Notes under the pieces: generated by a model | Database searches by the model: none | What the model saw: the letters and a program-made list of their open reading frames with translations, nothing else | What the model was told of the DNA's origin: nothing | Assembly: GCA_045639905.1 (NCBI GenBank) | Contig: JAZUDZ010000040.1 | Span: 16,080 to 80,079, forward strand | Origin: Acutalibacteraceae bacterium | GTDB lineage: Bacteria > Bacillota > Clostridia > Oscillospirales > Acutalibacteraceae | Length of the DNA: 64,000 nucleotides | Direction of reading: 5' to 3' | Made by a program: the position numbers and the translations under genes | Shown here: piece after piece, positions 1 to 8,638 of the stretch | How positions within the stretch are numbered: position 1 is the first letter of the stretch | Layout of the letters: every line of letters starts with the position of its first letter

Positions 1-245
1 AAGCCGGCCACGGTTCCTTTGGCGGTATCATCATCGGCTTCACTTTGGTTTTGGTTCACATCCTCGGTATCGGTTTGACCGGCACTTCCGTCAACCCGGC
101 CCGCAGCTTCGGCCCGGCCGTGTTTGCTGCCATTACCGGCAACACCGAACCTCTCTCCCAGCTTTGGGTATTTATTGTCGGCCCGTTTGTCGGTGCTGCT
201 TTGGCTGCCCTTCTTTACAAATTTCTTGAAAAAGAAGAAGCCTGA
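1..245 (+). CDS. MIP/aquaporin-family channel, C-terminal fragment (5' end lies outside the window)
   Basis: The frame is open from the window edge. The translation contains the second NPA box (NPARSFGPAV) and a final TM helix. A terminator follows. Confidence 0.8.
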   Translation, partial: AGHGSFGGIIIGFTLVLVHILGIGLTGTSVNPARSFGPAVFAAITGNTEPLSQLWVFIVGPFVGAALAALLYKFLEKEEA

Positions 246-266
246 TTGATCATAGGATAGATTTTG

Positions 267-300
267 AAAAGCGGCAGGGAGTAATCCCTGTCGCTTTTTC
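267..300 (+). terminator. Rho-independent terminator
   Basis: Hairpin AAAAGCGGCAGGGA-gtaa-TCCCTGTCGCTTTTT directly after the aquaporin stop. Confidence 0.7.
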
Positions 301-421
301 GTGTGTCGTCAATTCATATTTGTCGGACAAAAGAACAAAAAAATAAATGAAATATTGACAACCGGTCATATTTGCTGTACACCTTTTTTGATGAATGTAA
401 TATGGTAGGGAGGGCTACGGA

Positions 422-1618
422 ATGCAATACCGGAAGGATAAGAATGGAAATGATCTCTCGGTACTCGGCTTTGGCTGTATGCGCTTTACGAAAAAAGGCG
501 GGGGTATCGACATCGACAAGGCCGAGCAGGAAATTCTGGAAGCGTACAACCGGGGCGTCAACTATTTTGATACGGCATATGTCTACGGCGGAAGCGAAGC
601 GGCGGTCGGTGAAATCCTGGAGCGCAACGGAATTCGCGAAAACGTTAAAATCGCCACGAAGCTGCCCCAGTATCTTGTGGGGAGCCGCGCGGCCATTGAA
701 AAATATTTTGCCGAAGAATTGAATCGTTTGCGTACCGATTATGTCGACTATTATCTGATGCACCATCTGACCGACGTGGCTATGTGGGAAAAGCTGAAAT
801 CCATCGGTATTCTGGATTGGATTGAAGAAAAAAAGAAAAGCGGGCAAATCAAAAATATCGGGTTTTCGTATCATGGGAATTCCGATGGTTTTGTGAAAAT
901 ACTTAACGATTTTGACTGGGATATTTGTCAGATTCAATATAACTATTTTGACGAGAACTCTCAGGCGGGGAAGGTCGGGCTGCAGGCAGCGGCGGAAAAG
1001 GGAATTCCCGTTGTGATTATGGAACCCCTTCGCGGCGGCAAACTGGTCAATATGCTTCCCGATTCGGCCAAAACGGTGATGAATCAAAGCGGACGCACTT
1101 GGACTTCCGCGGAATGGGGACTTCGGTGGCTCTATAACCAGCCGGAAGTGACGGTTGTGCTGTCGGGCATGAATTCGCTCGAAATGGTAAAAGAAAATTG
1201 CCGGACGGCCTGTGAAGCAGTCCCGAATGCTTTTACCGAGGAGGATTTTGCGACGATCCGCGAGGTGACGCAAAAAATCGGCGAAAACGAAAAAGTCGGT
1301 TGTACCGGCTGCCGGTATTGTATGCCCTGCCCGAAGGGCGTGGATATTCCCGGCGCGTTTCGGTGCTATAATGCGATGTACATTGACTCGAAAATGCAGG
1401 GCCGATTTGAGTACGCCCAAACAGTGGGGCTGACAAAAGAAAGTGCCTTTGCCACCCAGTGTATCGGGTGCGGCAAATGCGAAACCCATTGTCCGCAACA
1501 GCTGCCGATTCGGAAACTTCTGAAAGAGGCAGATGCGGCGCTTCGTCCACTGCCATATAAGGCGGGGATTGCCATTGCACGCAAGTTCATGTTTCGAAAA
1601 GCAAAAAAGAAAAAATAA
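422..1618 (+). CDS. Aldo/keto reductase with C-terminal 4Fe-4S cluster-binding extension
   Basis: N-terminal AKR pattern (LGFGCMRF, YFDTAYVYGGSE) and C-terminal Cys clusters (CTGCRYCMPCP and CIGCGKCETHCP). RBS GGGAGGG lies upstream of the ATG. Confidence 0.8.
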   Translation: MQYRKDKNGNDLSVLGFGCMRFTKKGGGIDIDKAEQEILEAYNRGVNYFDTAYVYGGSEAAVGEILERNGIRENVKIATKLPQYLVGSRAAIEKYFAEELNRLRTDYVDYYLMHHLTDVAMWEKLKSIGILDWIEEKKKSGQIKNIGFSYHGNSDGFVKILNDFDWDICQIQYNYFDENSQAGKVGLQAAAEKGIPVVIMEPLRGGKLVNMLPDSAKTVMNQSGRTWTSAEWGLRWLYNQPEVTVVLSGMNSLEMVKENCRTACEAVPNAFTEEDFATIREVTQKIGENEKVGCTGCRYCMPCPKGVDIPGAFRCYNAMYIDSKMQGRFEYAQTVGLTKESAFATQCIGCGKCETHCPQQLPIRKLLKEADAALRPLPYKAGIAIARKFMFRKAKKKK

Positions 1619-1619
1619 G

Positions 1620-1654
1620 AAATCGGCAGGGACACGGTTCCTGCCGATTTTTTG
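1620..1654. terminator. Bidirectional intrinsic terminator between convergent genes
   Basis: AATCGGCAGG-gacacggtt-CCTGCCGATTTTTT, with A/T runs on both sides. Confidence 0.65.
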
Positions 1655-1710
1655 CAAATGTTTTTCATGTGGAAAATTCTCCACATGAAAGAGTGTATAC
1701 TGATGATGGC

Positions 1711-2685
1711 TTAAGAGGAAAGACCTTCGGAAATGCCGAGAAGGACAATACCGAGAATCACTCCGGAAATACAAAGTGCTTGTTTTACGGTTAGCTTTTC
1801 CTTTAGAATCAAACGGGACAAAATGACCGAAACAATACAGTAGGAAGCGACCATGGGAGCGGCCAAAAGCGGTTTTGCAGCCATGGCATAGACATAAAAG
1901 ATCTGACCAAACTCCTCGCAAACCGCTGCGGCACCTTTGGGAATTTCCGATTTTTTAAACGGGATGTACGGTTTTTTGTGTTTGCAAAAAAGCCAAATCC
2001 ATGCGGCGATTCCCGCCAGGAAAAAGGTAAGACCATAGAGAATCAAAACATCGATTTCACCGAGCCCCAGGCCGACTTCTTCATTTAGAATGATGCCGTC
2101 CGCCGCAGTGCCGATGGTGTCAAAAAGGCAATAGGCAAGGGGGAATAACAGGGCGAGGGCGCCACGTCGGTATTTTTTGTTTTCTTCGGTTTTGGTGTCC
2201 GGACCGGATAATCCATGTTCCACGATGGCCAAAACGATCATACCGATGACAATGCAGGCCGTTCCAATCAGTTCCGGAACGGAGAACGGAGCCGTGCTCC
2301 GGCTGATTCCGCCCTTCAGCAAAAAGAAAAGCAGCATACACAGGGTGGACAGGGCGCCGGAAGCATTTTGAACGGGGGATACGATGGACAGTTCCAAATA
2401 CCGAAGTCCTGCATAGCCGATGACCATGGAAAGGATATAACAAAGAGAGGCAGGAGAATATTGAAGGGCCCGAATCAGCAAAGTGCGCAGTGACAAAGAG
2501 CCGTCGACGACAAGACTTTCCGAGAACGGAAGCAGACAAACGGCACAGATTCCCATAACCAGCCCGACCCAAACGGCAATCTTCAAATGGGACATAGGGT
2601 CTGACTCATCCGTTCCTTTTTTGTAAAACAAATCGGCAAAGCCCCATCCGAGTATACAAATCAGGGCCAGCAAAAACCAGGACAT
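1711..2685 (-). CDS. EamA/DMT-superfamily membrane transporter
   Basis: 324 aa with about 10 hydrophobic helices in two repeated halves and a typical DMT N-terminus (LICILGWGFADLFYKK). Confidence 0.6.
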   Translation of the reverse strand: MSWFLLALICILGWGFADLFYKKGTDESDPMSHLKIAVWVGLVMGICAVCLLPFSESLVVDGSLSLRTLLIRALQYSPASLCYILSMVIGYAGLRYLELSIVSPVQNASGALSTLCMLLFFLLKGGISRSTAPFSVPELIGTACIVIGMIVLAIVEHGLSGPDTKTEENKKYRRGALALLFPLAYCLFDTIGTAADGIILNEEVGLGLGEIDVLILYGLTFFLAGIAAWIWLFCKHKKPYIPFKKSEIPKGAAAVCEEFGQIFYVYAMAAKPLLAAPMVASYCIVSVILSRLILKEKLTVKQALCISGVILGIVLLGISEGLSS

Positions 2686-2818
2686 GTGTATCCTCCTCTC
2701 TGAAAAATCTTGCTTTATTGTAGCAATATGTCGCGGATTCGTAAAGGCTTCGTTGAAAAAAACAGTAAAAAATGATAAAATAATTTTGTTATAATACAGA
2801 AAGAAGTTGAAAAGTAGT

Positions 2819-3781
2819 ATGGCGATTACAGATTACAAAACGATTGGTTCTTTGAAAGACGGCGAGAGCGGTCTGGTTGTGTGTATGGTTCTTGAAAGCA
2901 CCAAGGTTCCGTACCGCAACAAGGAAGGAGAATACACGAAACTTCGTGTGAAAGACTCCCGTGCGGAATATGATGTCAGCGTGTTTGAGGAATCCGTTCG
3001 TGCAGACGTGGGAGATATCGTGACGGCGACCGTTTCCATTAAAGGAAACTACAAAAACGCCCGCGGCATTCGTCCCTGCACGGATCCCGATATCAGTCTC
3101 GGTGATTTTGTGTCCCGTATTTCGGGAGACCCGGAATCCCTGTATGCGAAAATTTGCCGTATGGTTATGGAATCCAATCCGGAGGCGGATGAAACATCCC
3201 TTTCTCATTTGACGCTTAATATGTATGCTCGGTACAAAGACGAACTTTTGCACTCTTCTGCGGCAAAGACCGTTCATCATAACGCGATCGGCGGACTGAT
3301 GATGCATACCGAATCAATGGTTCGTATGGCTATGTGTTATGCCGATAATTATCCGACTCTTGACAGAGAACTGCTGGTTTGCGGCGCCGCCCTTCATGAT
3401 ATCGGTAAAATCAGGGAAATGGAAACCGGAGCCAACGGCAATGTGACGGGAACACCGGCCGGTGCTCTTCTCGGCCATTTGGCAATCGGTATGCTGATGG
3501 TGGAGGATGAGGCGAAAGGACAAAATTATAACCCGGAACGCGTGATGCTTTTGCAGCATCTGATTGCTTCGCATCACGGTCGCGTGGAGTTCGGTGCCAT
3601 AAAGCTGGCGTCCATTCCGGAAGCCGCCGTTCTTAACCATATTGACGATGCGGATGCTTCGATTGAAAAATTTGCCAAACAATATCGGGAAACCAATTTG
3701 CAACCCGGTGAAGTGGCAACCACGAAGCCGCAATATATGGATAACTTCTTGTATAAGCCGACGAGTTTCAGCGAAGACTAA
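2819..3781 (+). CDS. yhaM: 3'-5' exoribonuclease YhaM-like (OB-fold + HD domain)
   Basis: N-terminal OB-like segment, then HD motifs (ALHDIGK, IASHHG). The size (~320 aa) matches YhaM. ATG 2819 is preferred over TTG 2807. Confidence 0.7.
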   Translation: MAITDYKTIGSLKDGESGLVVCMVLESTKVPYRNKEGEYTKLRVKDSRAEYDVSVFEESVRADVGDIVTATVSIKGNYKNARGIRPCTDPDISLGDFVSRISGDPESLYAKICRMVMESNPEADETSLSHLTLNMYARYKDELLHSSAAKTVHHNAIGGLMMHTESMVRMAMCYADNYPTLDRELLVCGAALHDIGKIREMETGANGNVTGTPAGALLGHLAIGMLMVEDEAKGQNYNPERVMLLQHLIASHHGRVEFGAIKLASIPEAAVLNHIDDADASIEKFAKQYRETNLQPGEVATTKPQYMDNFLYKPTSFSED

Positions 3782-3818
3782 AACCCCCAAAGTGCAAAAT
3801 TTGCACTTTGGAGAGAGT

Positions 3819-3853
3819 GAAAAAGACGACAGGATTGGTTCCTGTCGTCTTTT
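3819..3853. terminator. Bidirectional intrinsic terminator
   Basis: AAAAGACGACAGG-attggtt-CCTGTCGTCTTTT between convergent yhaM and the nuclease gene. Confidence 0.65.
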
Positions 3854-3858
3854 GTATG

Positions 3859-4803
3859 TTACGGATTACAGCATCCGCTGGGTATATATCCGGCAGACAG
3901 CAATTCGTCTCGGTCGTTTGTCAAATAGCGTTTGCTGAATCCGATGGACTCACCATTCGGGCAATCGGATCGGTGAAATTTGTGTGAACCTTTGTTTGCC
4001 ACATACCGATAATCGGAAAGTTTCGGAGTGGTTACCTTCTCTCCGCTCAGTTTGCATTCACCGGTGGCGTAATTGATTGTAACACCCGGCTGAACATTGT
4101 AGCAAAAAACATTAAAGCAAATACCTTCTCCGTCATCCTCGACGGAATAGCCTTCCATAGTGACACCGTTGACAACCAGATTGTTCCCTTCAAAAATCGG
4201 GCAAACGCGATAGAGAACATGGTTGCCGGTTTCCACGATGTAGTCCGCTACCAGGTTTTCAAACGGAAGCATGCCCTCGGTGTTCAAATATCGGGTGCCG
4301 GTAATGAGATTTTTCTCATTGGCATTTTCTCCGGCCAGGTTAAAGGCGATTAAATGGCATCGGTTATACACGCTTTTTCCGTCGACGAAATCGAATTTGA
4401 CGCTATGCCATCCGCTTGGATGAATCGTGCTGATATCACCCCGTTCGTCCTTCGGCATCAGGTCTCGTCCGAGACAGGCCGTGCAGACGCTGCAGCGACC
4501 CAGAGAATCCAAATGAGCGTAAGACTCATACGATACGGTGGTCATATCTTTTTCCGTGAACTTCGGCCGGTTGTCATTTATAAAGATATACGGTTTTCCC
4601 GCATAGGAAGAAATCTTGTATTCGGGCTTGATAATTCCCTGGTTTTCTTCGGGACTCGTATTGGTTTTGGTGGTGCTGATGACTTCCGATGAAGCCGTTT
4701 CGTTTTCCGGTGGTGTTTGTGACAGACTGCCGGAAAAATAGAGAACGGCTACGGCAATCAGCAGGACGATGCCGATAATAACGGTGACAGTGTTCTTTTT
4801 CAT
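3859..4803 (-). CDS. Membrane-anchored secreted DNA/RNA non-specific endonuclease with C-terminal Cys/His-rich (Ada-like zinc) tail
   Basis: N-terminal TM helix. Nuclease core motif NRCHLIAFNLAGENANEKNLITGTRYLN. Tail KFHRSDCPNGE...AGYIPSGCCNP. Confidence 0.7.
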   Translation of the reverse strand: MKKNTVTVIIGIVLLIAVAVLYFSGSLSQTPPENETASSEVISTTKTNTSPEENQGIIKPEYKISSYAGKPYIFINDNRPKFTEKDMTTVSYESYAHLDSLGRCSVCTACLGRDLMPKDERGDISTIHPSGWHSVKFDFVDGKSVYNRCHLIAFNLAGENANEKNLITGTRYLNTEGMLPFENLVADYIVETGNHVLYRVCPIFEGNNLVVNGVTMEGYSVEDDGEGICFNVFCYNVQPGVTINYATGECKLSGEKVTTPKLSDYRYVANKGSHKFHRSDCPNGESIGFSKRYLTNDRDELLSAGYIPSGCCNP

Positions 4804-5207
4804 GATTTTTTGTTCCTCTTCAGTATTTGCACGGTGATGGGATCGTGGGAAGTTCCCCTGATGTCAAAGTTTTCGCGTATCTCCCATGCAGTATCAATAT
4901 CCAGAACCGTATCACTGGGATACAGACGGTTCCAGCGGTAGACAATGAGAGTGTCAATATTCGGATTGCTTGTGTCCAAAGCGATATTTTCCACAAAACA
5001 AAAATCGTCGTCTCCGGCAACGGATAAAAAGTCTTCATCCACCATAATGGAATCGTTTTTGAAAATTTTGGCGGAATAGGCATTCATCAGCAAACGATGG
5101 TCGCCGACCGTTTTCAAAAGATGACGCCGCATGCCGGCATCCTGGCTTTGCCGGCGATGATTAAACAGCATACCGTTTTGTGTGTCCAGGCATAGAACAA
5201 TTTTCAC
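4800..5207 (-). CDS. Small conserved hypothetical protein (DHFR/RibD-C-like fold suspected), translationally coupled to the upstream gene
   Basis: GTG start overlaps the upstream TGA stop (GTGA), and GGAGGAA lies 8 nt upstream. The sequence VKIVLCLDTQNGMLFNHRRQSQD...FCFVEN...VYRWNRLYPSD resembles a recurrent clostridial family. The longer M-start at 5336 would run antisense through the neighbouring gene and is rejected. Confidence 0.5.
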   Translation of the reverse strand: MKIVLCLDTQNGMLFNHRRQSQDAGMRRHLLKTVGDHRLLMNAYSAKIFKNDSIMVDEDFLSVAGDDDFCFVENIALDTSNPNIDTLIVYRWNRLYPSDTVLDIDTAWEIRENFDIRGTSHDPITVQILKRNKKS

Positions 5208-5743
5208 GAATGGATTCCTCCCCGAAAAATATGTTTGGCGGCTCCGGTTTTCTCCAGCATAAAGTAGACGACCAGACCGCCGACGGTGGCAACAATCAGT
5301 TCGCCGACTCCGACTTCGGCAACGCAAAGAAACCATGTGTGTTTTTCCATTTGAAACAGCAGAATGTTGAGTTCGGTGCCGACAATCAAACTGTTGAAAA
5401 TGGTGGCCGGAAGAGCAGCCAAAACCGGTATGTTACGAATGGTGACATTGCGTAAAAAATAGGTACAAAGAGCGCTGACAAGCGTGGCCAGAGTTCCGAA
5501 TACCAGGTCCCAGGCTCCCGCCAGATTGGTTCCCATGGAAAGACCGATGGTATTGGAAAACAGGCAGCCCAGCGTCAGCCCCGGAATGGCAGCCGGCGTG
5601 AAGACGGGAAGGATGGTCAGCAGCTCTGACAAACGAAGTTGCAGAGGACCGAACGAGGCTGCGGGAATAACCAGGGTCAGGACCGTATACAGCGCCGCAA
5701 TGACGCCGGTTTCACACATTCTTCTCAGAATGTTCTTTTTCAC
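5204..5743 (-). CDS. queT: QueT-family ECF-transporter S component
   Basis: Six-TM protein with the QueT-like core GPLQLRLSELLTILP...GAWDLVFGTLATL. The start is GTG 5743 or ATG 5719, and both overlap the end of thiT. Confidence 0.65.
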   Translation of the reverse strand: MKKNILRRMCETGVIAALYTVLTLVIPAASFGPLQLRLSELLTILPVFTPAAIPGLTLGCLFSNTIGLSMGTNLAGAWDLVFGTLATLVSALCTYFLRNVTIRNIPVLAALPATIFNSLIVGTELNILLFQMEKHTWFLCVAEVGVGELIVATVGGLVVYFMLEKTGAAKHIFRGGIHS

Positions 5744-6557
5744 TTACATCACGTCCTGTTTGTTTTTTAGCCGGAATCAGCAGCAGAATAAAAATACATA
5801 TTCCGGCCGCTGTCAATAATCCGAGGAAAGTCCAGGGGACTTCTTTCAGCGCGGAAAACGAAAAGGTGCCTTCGTCCGGATTTTGAAGTACCCGGAAAAT
5901 GCAGCAAATATCCGTAAGAACGGCGGCACAAAGAGATAAGCCTCCGACGGCCCGGAGAATACGGGCTTTGCGTGGTGCGGCAGATGCGGAAATGCGGGTG
6001 AGTTTGTCGCTCTTAAAATCAAATACATGTCCGAGATAGAAGGCGAACAAAAGCGTTACCAGCGTTTCGGGAATCATATAGGTGGCATTGTAAATCAGAG
6101 AAAAGACGGTCGCCTCCGCTGTCGGAACGGACAGGCCGGCCCACACCGTGCAGCCGGAAATCGTGTGACATCCGTACCGGAACAGACAAGCGGCAAAGGA
6201 ACCGCAAACCAGGGCGGTCTTTTGCGAGGCAAGCGGTCTGAAAAACCCCGCAAGTCCCATTCCCGCATAGGCCAGGATATAGTCAAACAGCAAAATGGCC
6301 AGTCCCGCCCAAATGGATGTGGCGTAGGACAGATTGTTCAGCCCCAGCAGCATTTGGAGAAGACCGTAGGCGGTGCCTGCGGCAAATCCCCATCGGGAGC
6401 CGTAGCGGTAGGCAATCAGAATGACCGGCAGCATATGGGCTACCGTAATACTGCCGCCGTAGGGCAGGGCTACCAGTTTGATAAGGCTGAGCACTGTTCC
6501 GAGTGCAATCATAATGGCTGTCTCGGTTAATCGGATTGTTTTATTTGTCAATTCCAA
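5712..6557 (-). CDS. thiT: Thiamine ECF-transporter S component ThiT with ~100-aa C-terminal extension
   Basis: ThiT-like N-terminus (TETAIMIALGTVLSLIKLVALPYGGSITVAHMLPVILIAYRYG). It lies directly downstream of a TPP riboswitch. TTG start with GGAGGAG RBS. Confidence 0.8.
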   Translation of the reverse strand: MELTNKTIRLTETAIMIALGTVLSLIKLVALPYGGSITVAHMLPVILIAYRYGSRWGFAAGTAYGLLQMLLGLNNLSYATSIWAGLAILLFDYILAYAGMGLAGFFRPLASQKTALVCGSFAACLFRYGCHTISGCTVWAGLSVPTAEATVFSLIYNATYMIPETLVTLLFAFYLGHVFDFKSDKLTRISASAAPRKARILRAVGGLSLCAAVLTDICCIFRVLQNPDEGTFSFSALKEVPWTFLGLLTAAGICIFILLLIPAKKQTGRDVSEKEHSEKNV

Positions 6558-6695
6558 AAAAAATCTCCTCCCAACAGTGCGGAAAGAGTTTCAGAAAAGC
6601 TACGCTTTATGTGGAACAATCCCTCCGCCGGTATTATCCGGATCAGGTTATAGGGTTGCATCAGCGATGCTCTCAGCCTTACGGCACCCCTTGTT
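6556..6695 (-). promoter_or_regulatory. TPP (THI-box) riboswitch with terminator/RBS-sequestering expression platform
   Basis: The minus strand reads GGGGTGCCGTAAGGCTGAGAGC...AACCCTATAACCTGATCCGGATAATACCGGCGGAGGGA, the classic THI-box. It is followed by hairpin CUCUUUCC-gcacuguu-GGGAGGAG plus a U8 run that contains the RBS and reaches the start codon. Confidence 0.9.
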
Positions 6696-6803
6696 CTTGA
6701 TACCGTTTTCAGTATAGGATTTCGGGACTGAAAAGTCAAGAAAAGAGAACGCATTTTCGGCAGAAGAAATTTTCGAAAAATTGAGAAAATCGGTCGGTTT
6801 GTC

Positions 6804-6832
6804 TTGTTATTTTCTTCGGCAAAGTATATAAT
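6804..6832 (+). promoter_or_regulatory. Putative sigma-A promoter of mgsA-hisS-aspS
   Basis: TTGTTA, 17-nt spacer, TATAAT, about 40 nt upstream of the mgsA start. Confidence 0.4.
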
Positions 6833-6872
6833 CACTATATATATGTCAAAAAATACAAAAGGAGGCTTTATC

Positions 6873-7280
6873 ATGCAAATTGCTTTAATTGCACATGACT
6901 CCAAAAAAGAATTGTTGACTGAATTTTGTATTGCGTATTGCGGACTGATGAGTCGACACGACATCTGTGCCACCGGCACAACCGGACGCCTGATTGAAGA
7001 GGCAACGGGTCTCAAAATCAATAAGTATATGGCGGGCTCTCAGGGCGGTGATCAGCAAATTGCGGCACGTATCAACTGCAATGAGATTGATTTACTGCTG
7101 TTCTTCAGGGATTCCCAGCATCATGCCAGTGAACCGAACGACGAAGCCATGCTTCGTTTGTGTGATGCCAACAACATTCCGTTTGCCACGAACCTGGCCA
7201 CGGCCGAGGCTTTGATTCAGGCTTTGGAAAACGGAGATTTGGAATGGAGAAATCTGGTTAATCCCTTAGCCAAAATGTAA
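6873..7280 (+). CDS. mgsA: Methylglyoxal synthase
   Basis: MQIALIAHDSKKELL...ATGTTG...GGDQQIAA motifs, ~135 aa. GGAGG RBS 7 nt upstream of ATG 6873. Confidence 0.85.
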   Translation: MQIALIAHDSKKELLTEFCIAYCGLMSRHDICATGTTGRLIEEATGLKINKYMAGSQGGDQQIAARINCNEIDLLLFFRDSQHHASEPNDEAMLRLCDANNIPFATNLATAEALIQALENGDLEWRNLVNPLAKM

Positions 7281-7297
7281 ACAGAGGTAAGAAAAAT

Positions 7298-8623
7298 ATG
7301 GAACTTATTACAAAAGCTCCCCGTGGGACACAGGATGTACTTCCGGAGAGCAGCCACGAGTGGCAACATGTGGAGCGGACACTGCTGGGAATCGCTCAGG
7401 ATTACGGATTCCGTGAAATTCGTACCCCTGTTTTCGAGCACACCGAACTGTTTCAGCGGTCCGTCGGCGAAACCACCGATGTTGTTCAAAAAGAAATGTA
7501 TACATTTGAAGATAAAGGCAAACGGTCTGTGACACTCAAACCGGAAGGAACTGCCGGTGCGGCCCGTGCCGTTTTGGAGCATGGATTGACCGGAGGAGCA
7601 TTGCCGCTTAAAGTAGCGTATGTGACACCTTGCTATCGTTATGAAAAACCGCAGGCCGGGCGTCTTCGTGAATTCCATCAATTCGGTGTGGAGTGTTTCG
7701 GTGCCGGTTCCCCGGCGGCCGATGCCGAGGTAATTGCCCTTGGGGATGCCATTTTAGAGGCGTTCCATGTGCCGGACGTGCATCTGTATATCAACTCCAT
7801 CGGATGTCCGGAATGCCGTGCAAAATATCAGGAGGCTTTGAAGGCCTATTTCAAATCCCATGAGTCCGAACTTTGTGAGACTTGTGTCGGAAGACTGGAC
7901 CGCAATCCCATGCGTATTCTGGATTGCAAATCGCCGGTGTGCAGTGCGATTGCAAAAGATGCACCAATTATTTTGGATTATCTGTGCGATGATTGTCAAA
8001 AACACTTTGACGGTGTACAGGAATTTTTGAAAAATGCCGGCATTTCGTTTGATATTGATCCCCGTATTGTGCGCGGTCTTGATTATTATACCCGCACGGT
8101 TTTTGAGTTTGTTTGCGAATCCGATGCTTTGGGATCCCAGGCAACGGTTTGCGGCGGCGGCCGCTATGACGGCCTTTTGGAGGAACTGAACGGCAATGCT
8201 ATGCCGGCTCTCGGTTTCGGTATGGGGATTGAAAGACTGCTTATGACTCTGAAAGCTTCCGATTATGCTTTCCCGGAAGCGAAACGCTGCGATGTGTATC
8301 TGGCTCCCATGGGAGATGCGGCGGCAAAAGAGTGCTTCAGTTTGGCAAACGCCCTCCGCTCCGGAGGTGTGTATGCCGCCACCGACGTGGTCGGCAGAGG
8401 CCTGAAAGCCCAAATGAAATATGCTGATAAGATGGGAGCTCGGTATACGATTGTCGTGGGCGACAATGAACTGGAAACCGGTGTTGCCAATTTGAAGGAT
8501 ATGGAGACCGGAAACGTGACGGAAGTCCGTCTGTTTGAGGATCTTTATACGGTTTTGTACAATTTATCCCTGGATCGAGAAATGTCCAAAATTTCCGGAC
8601 TTTTTGACCAGGTTCAAGAATGA
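7298..8623 (+). CDS. hisS: Histidine--tRNA ligase
   Basis: Class II aaRS motifs (RGTQD, FRYEKPQAGRLREFHQ, GGGRYD), 441 aa. Confidence 0.95.
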   Translation: MELITKAPRGTQDVLPESSHEWQHVERTLLGIAQDYGFREIRTPVFEHTELFQRSVGETTDVVQKEMYTFEDKGKRSVTLKPEGTAGAARAVLEHGLTGGALPLKVAYVTPCYRYEKPQAGRLREFHQFGVECFGAGSPAADAEVIALGDAILEAFHVPDVHLYINSIGCPECRAKYQEALKAYFKSHESELCETCVGRLDRNPMRILDCKSPVCSAIAKDAPIILDYLCDDCQKHFDGVQEFLKNAGISFDIDPRIVRGLDYYTRTVFEFVCESDALGSQATVCGGGRYDGLLEELNGNAMPALGFGMGIERLLMTLKASDYAFPEAKRCDVYLAPMGDAAAKECFSLANALRSGGVYAATDVVGRGLKAQMKYADKMGARYTIVVGDNELETGVANLKDMETGNVTEVRLFEDLYTVLYNLSLDREMSKISGLFDQVQE

Positions 8624-8638
8624 GGGGGTAGGGTTTAG

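Noticed and set aside
314-1921. 535-aa ORF antisense to the aldo/keto reductase gene.
   Set aside because: It lies entirely opposite a well-supported CDS. Its composition is low-complexity and Arg/Phe/His-rich, with no RBS or motif. This is a typical shadow ORF.
6696-7297. Expected T-box leader for hisS-aspS, as in Bacillus.
   Set aside because: No GGTGGTACC T-box sequence or terminator occurs between the riboswitch region and hisS. hisS starts 17 nt after mgsA, so it appears to be co-transcribed with mgsA instead.
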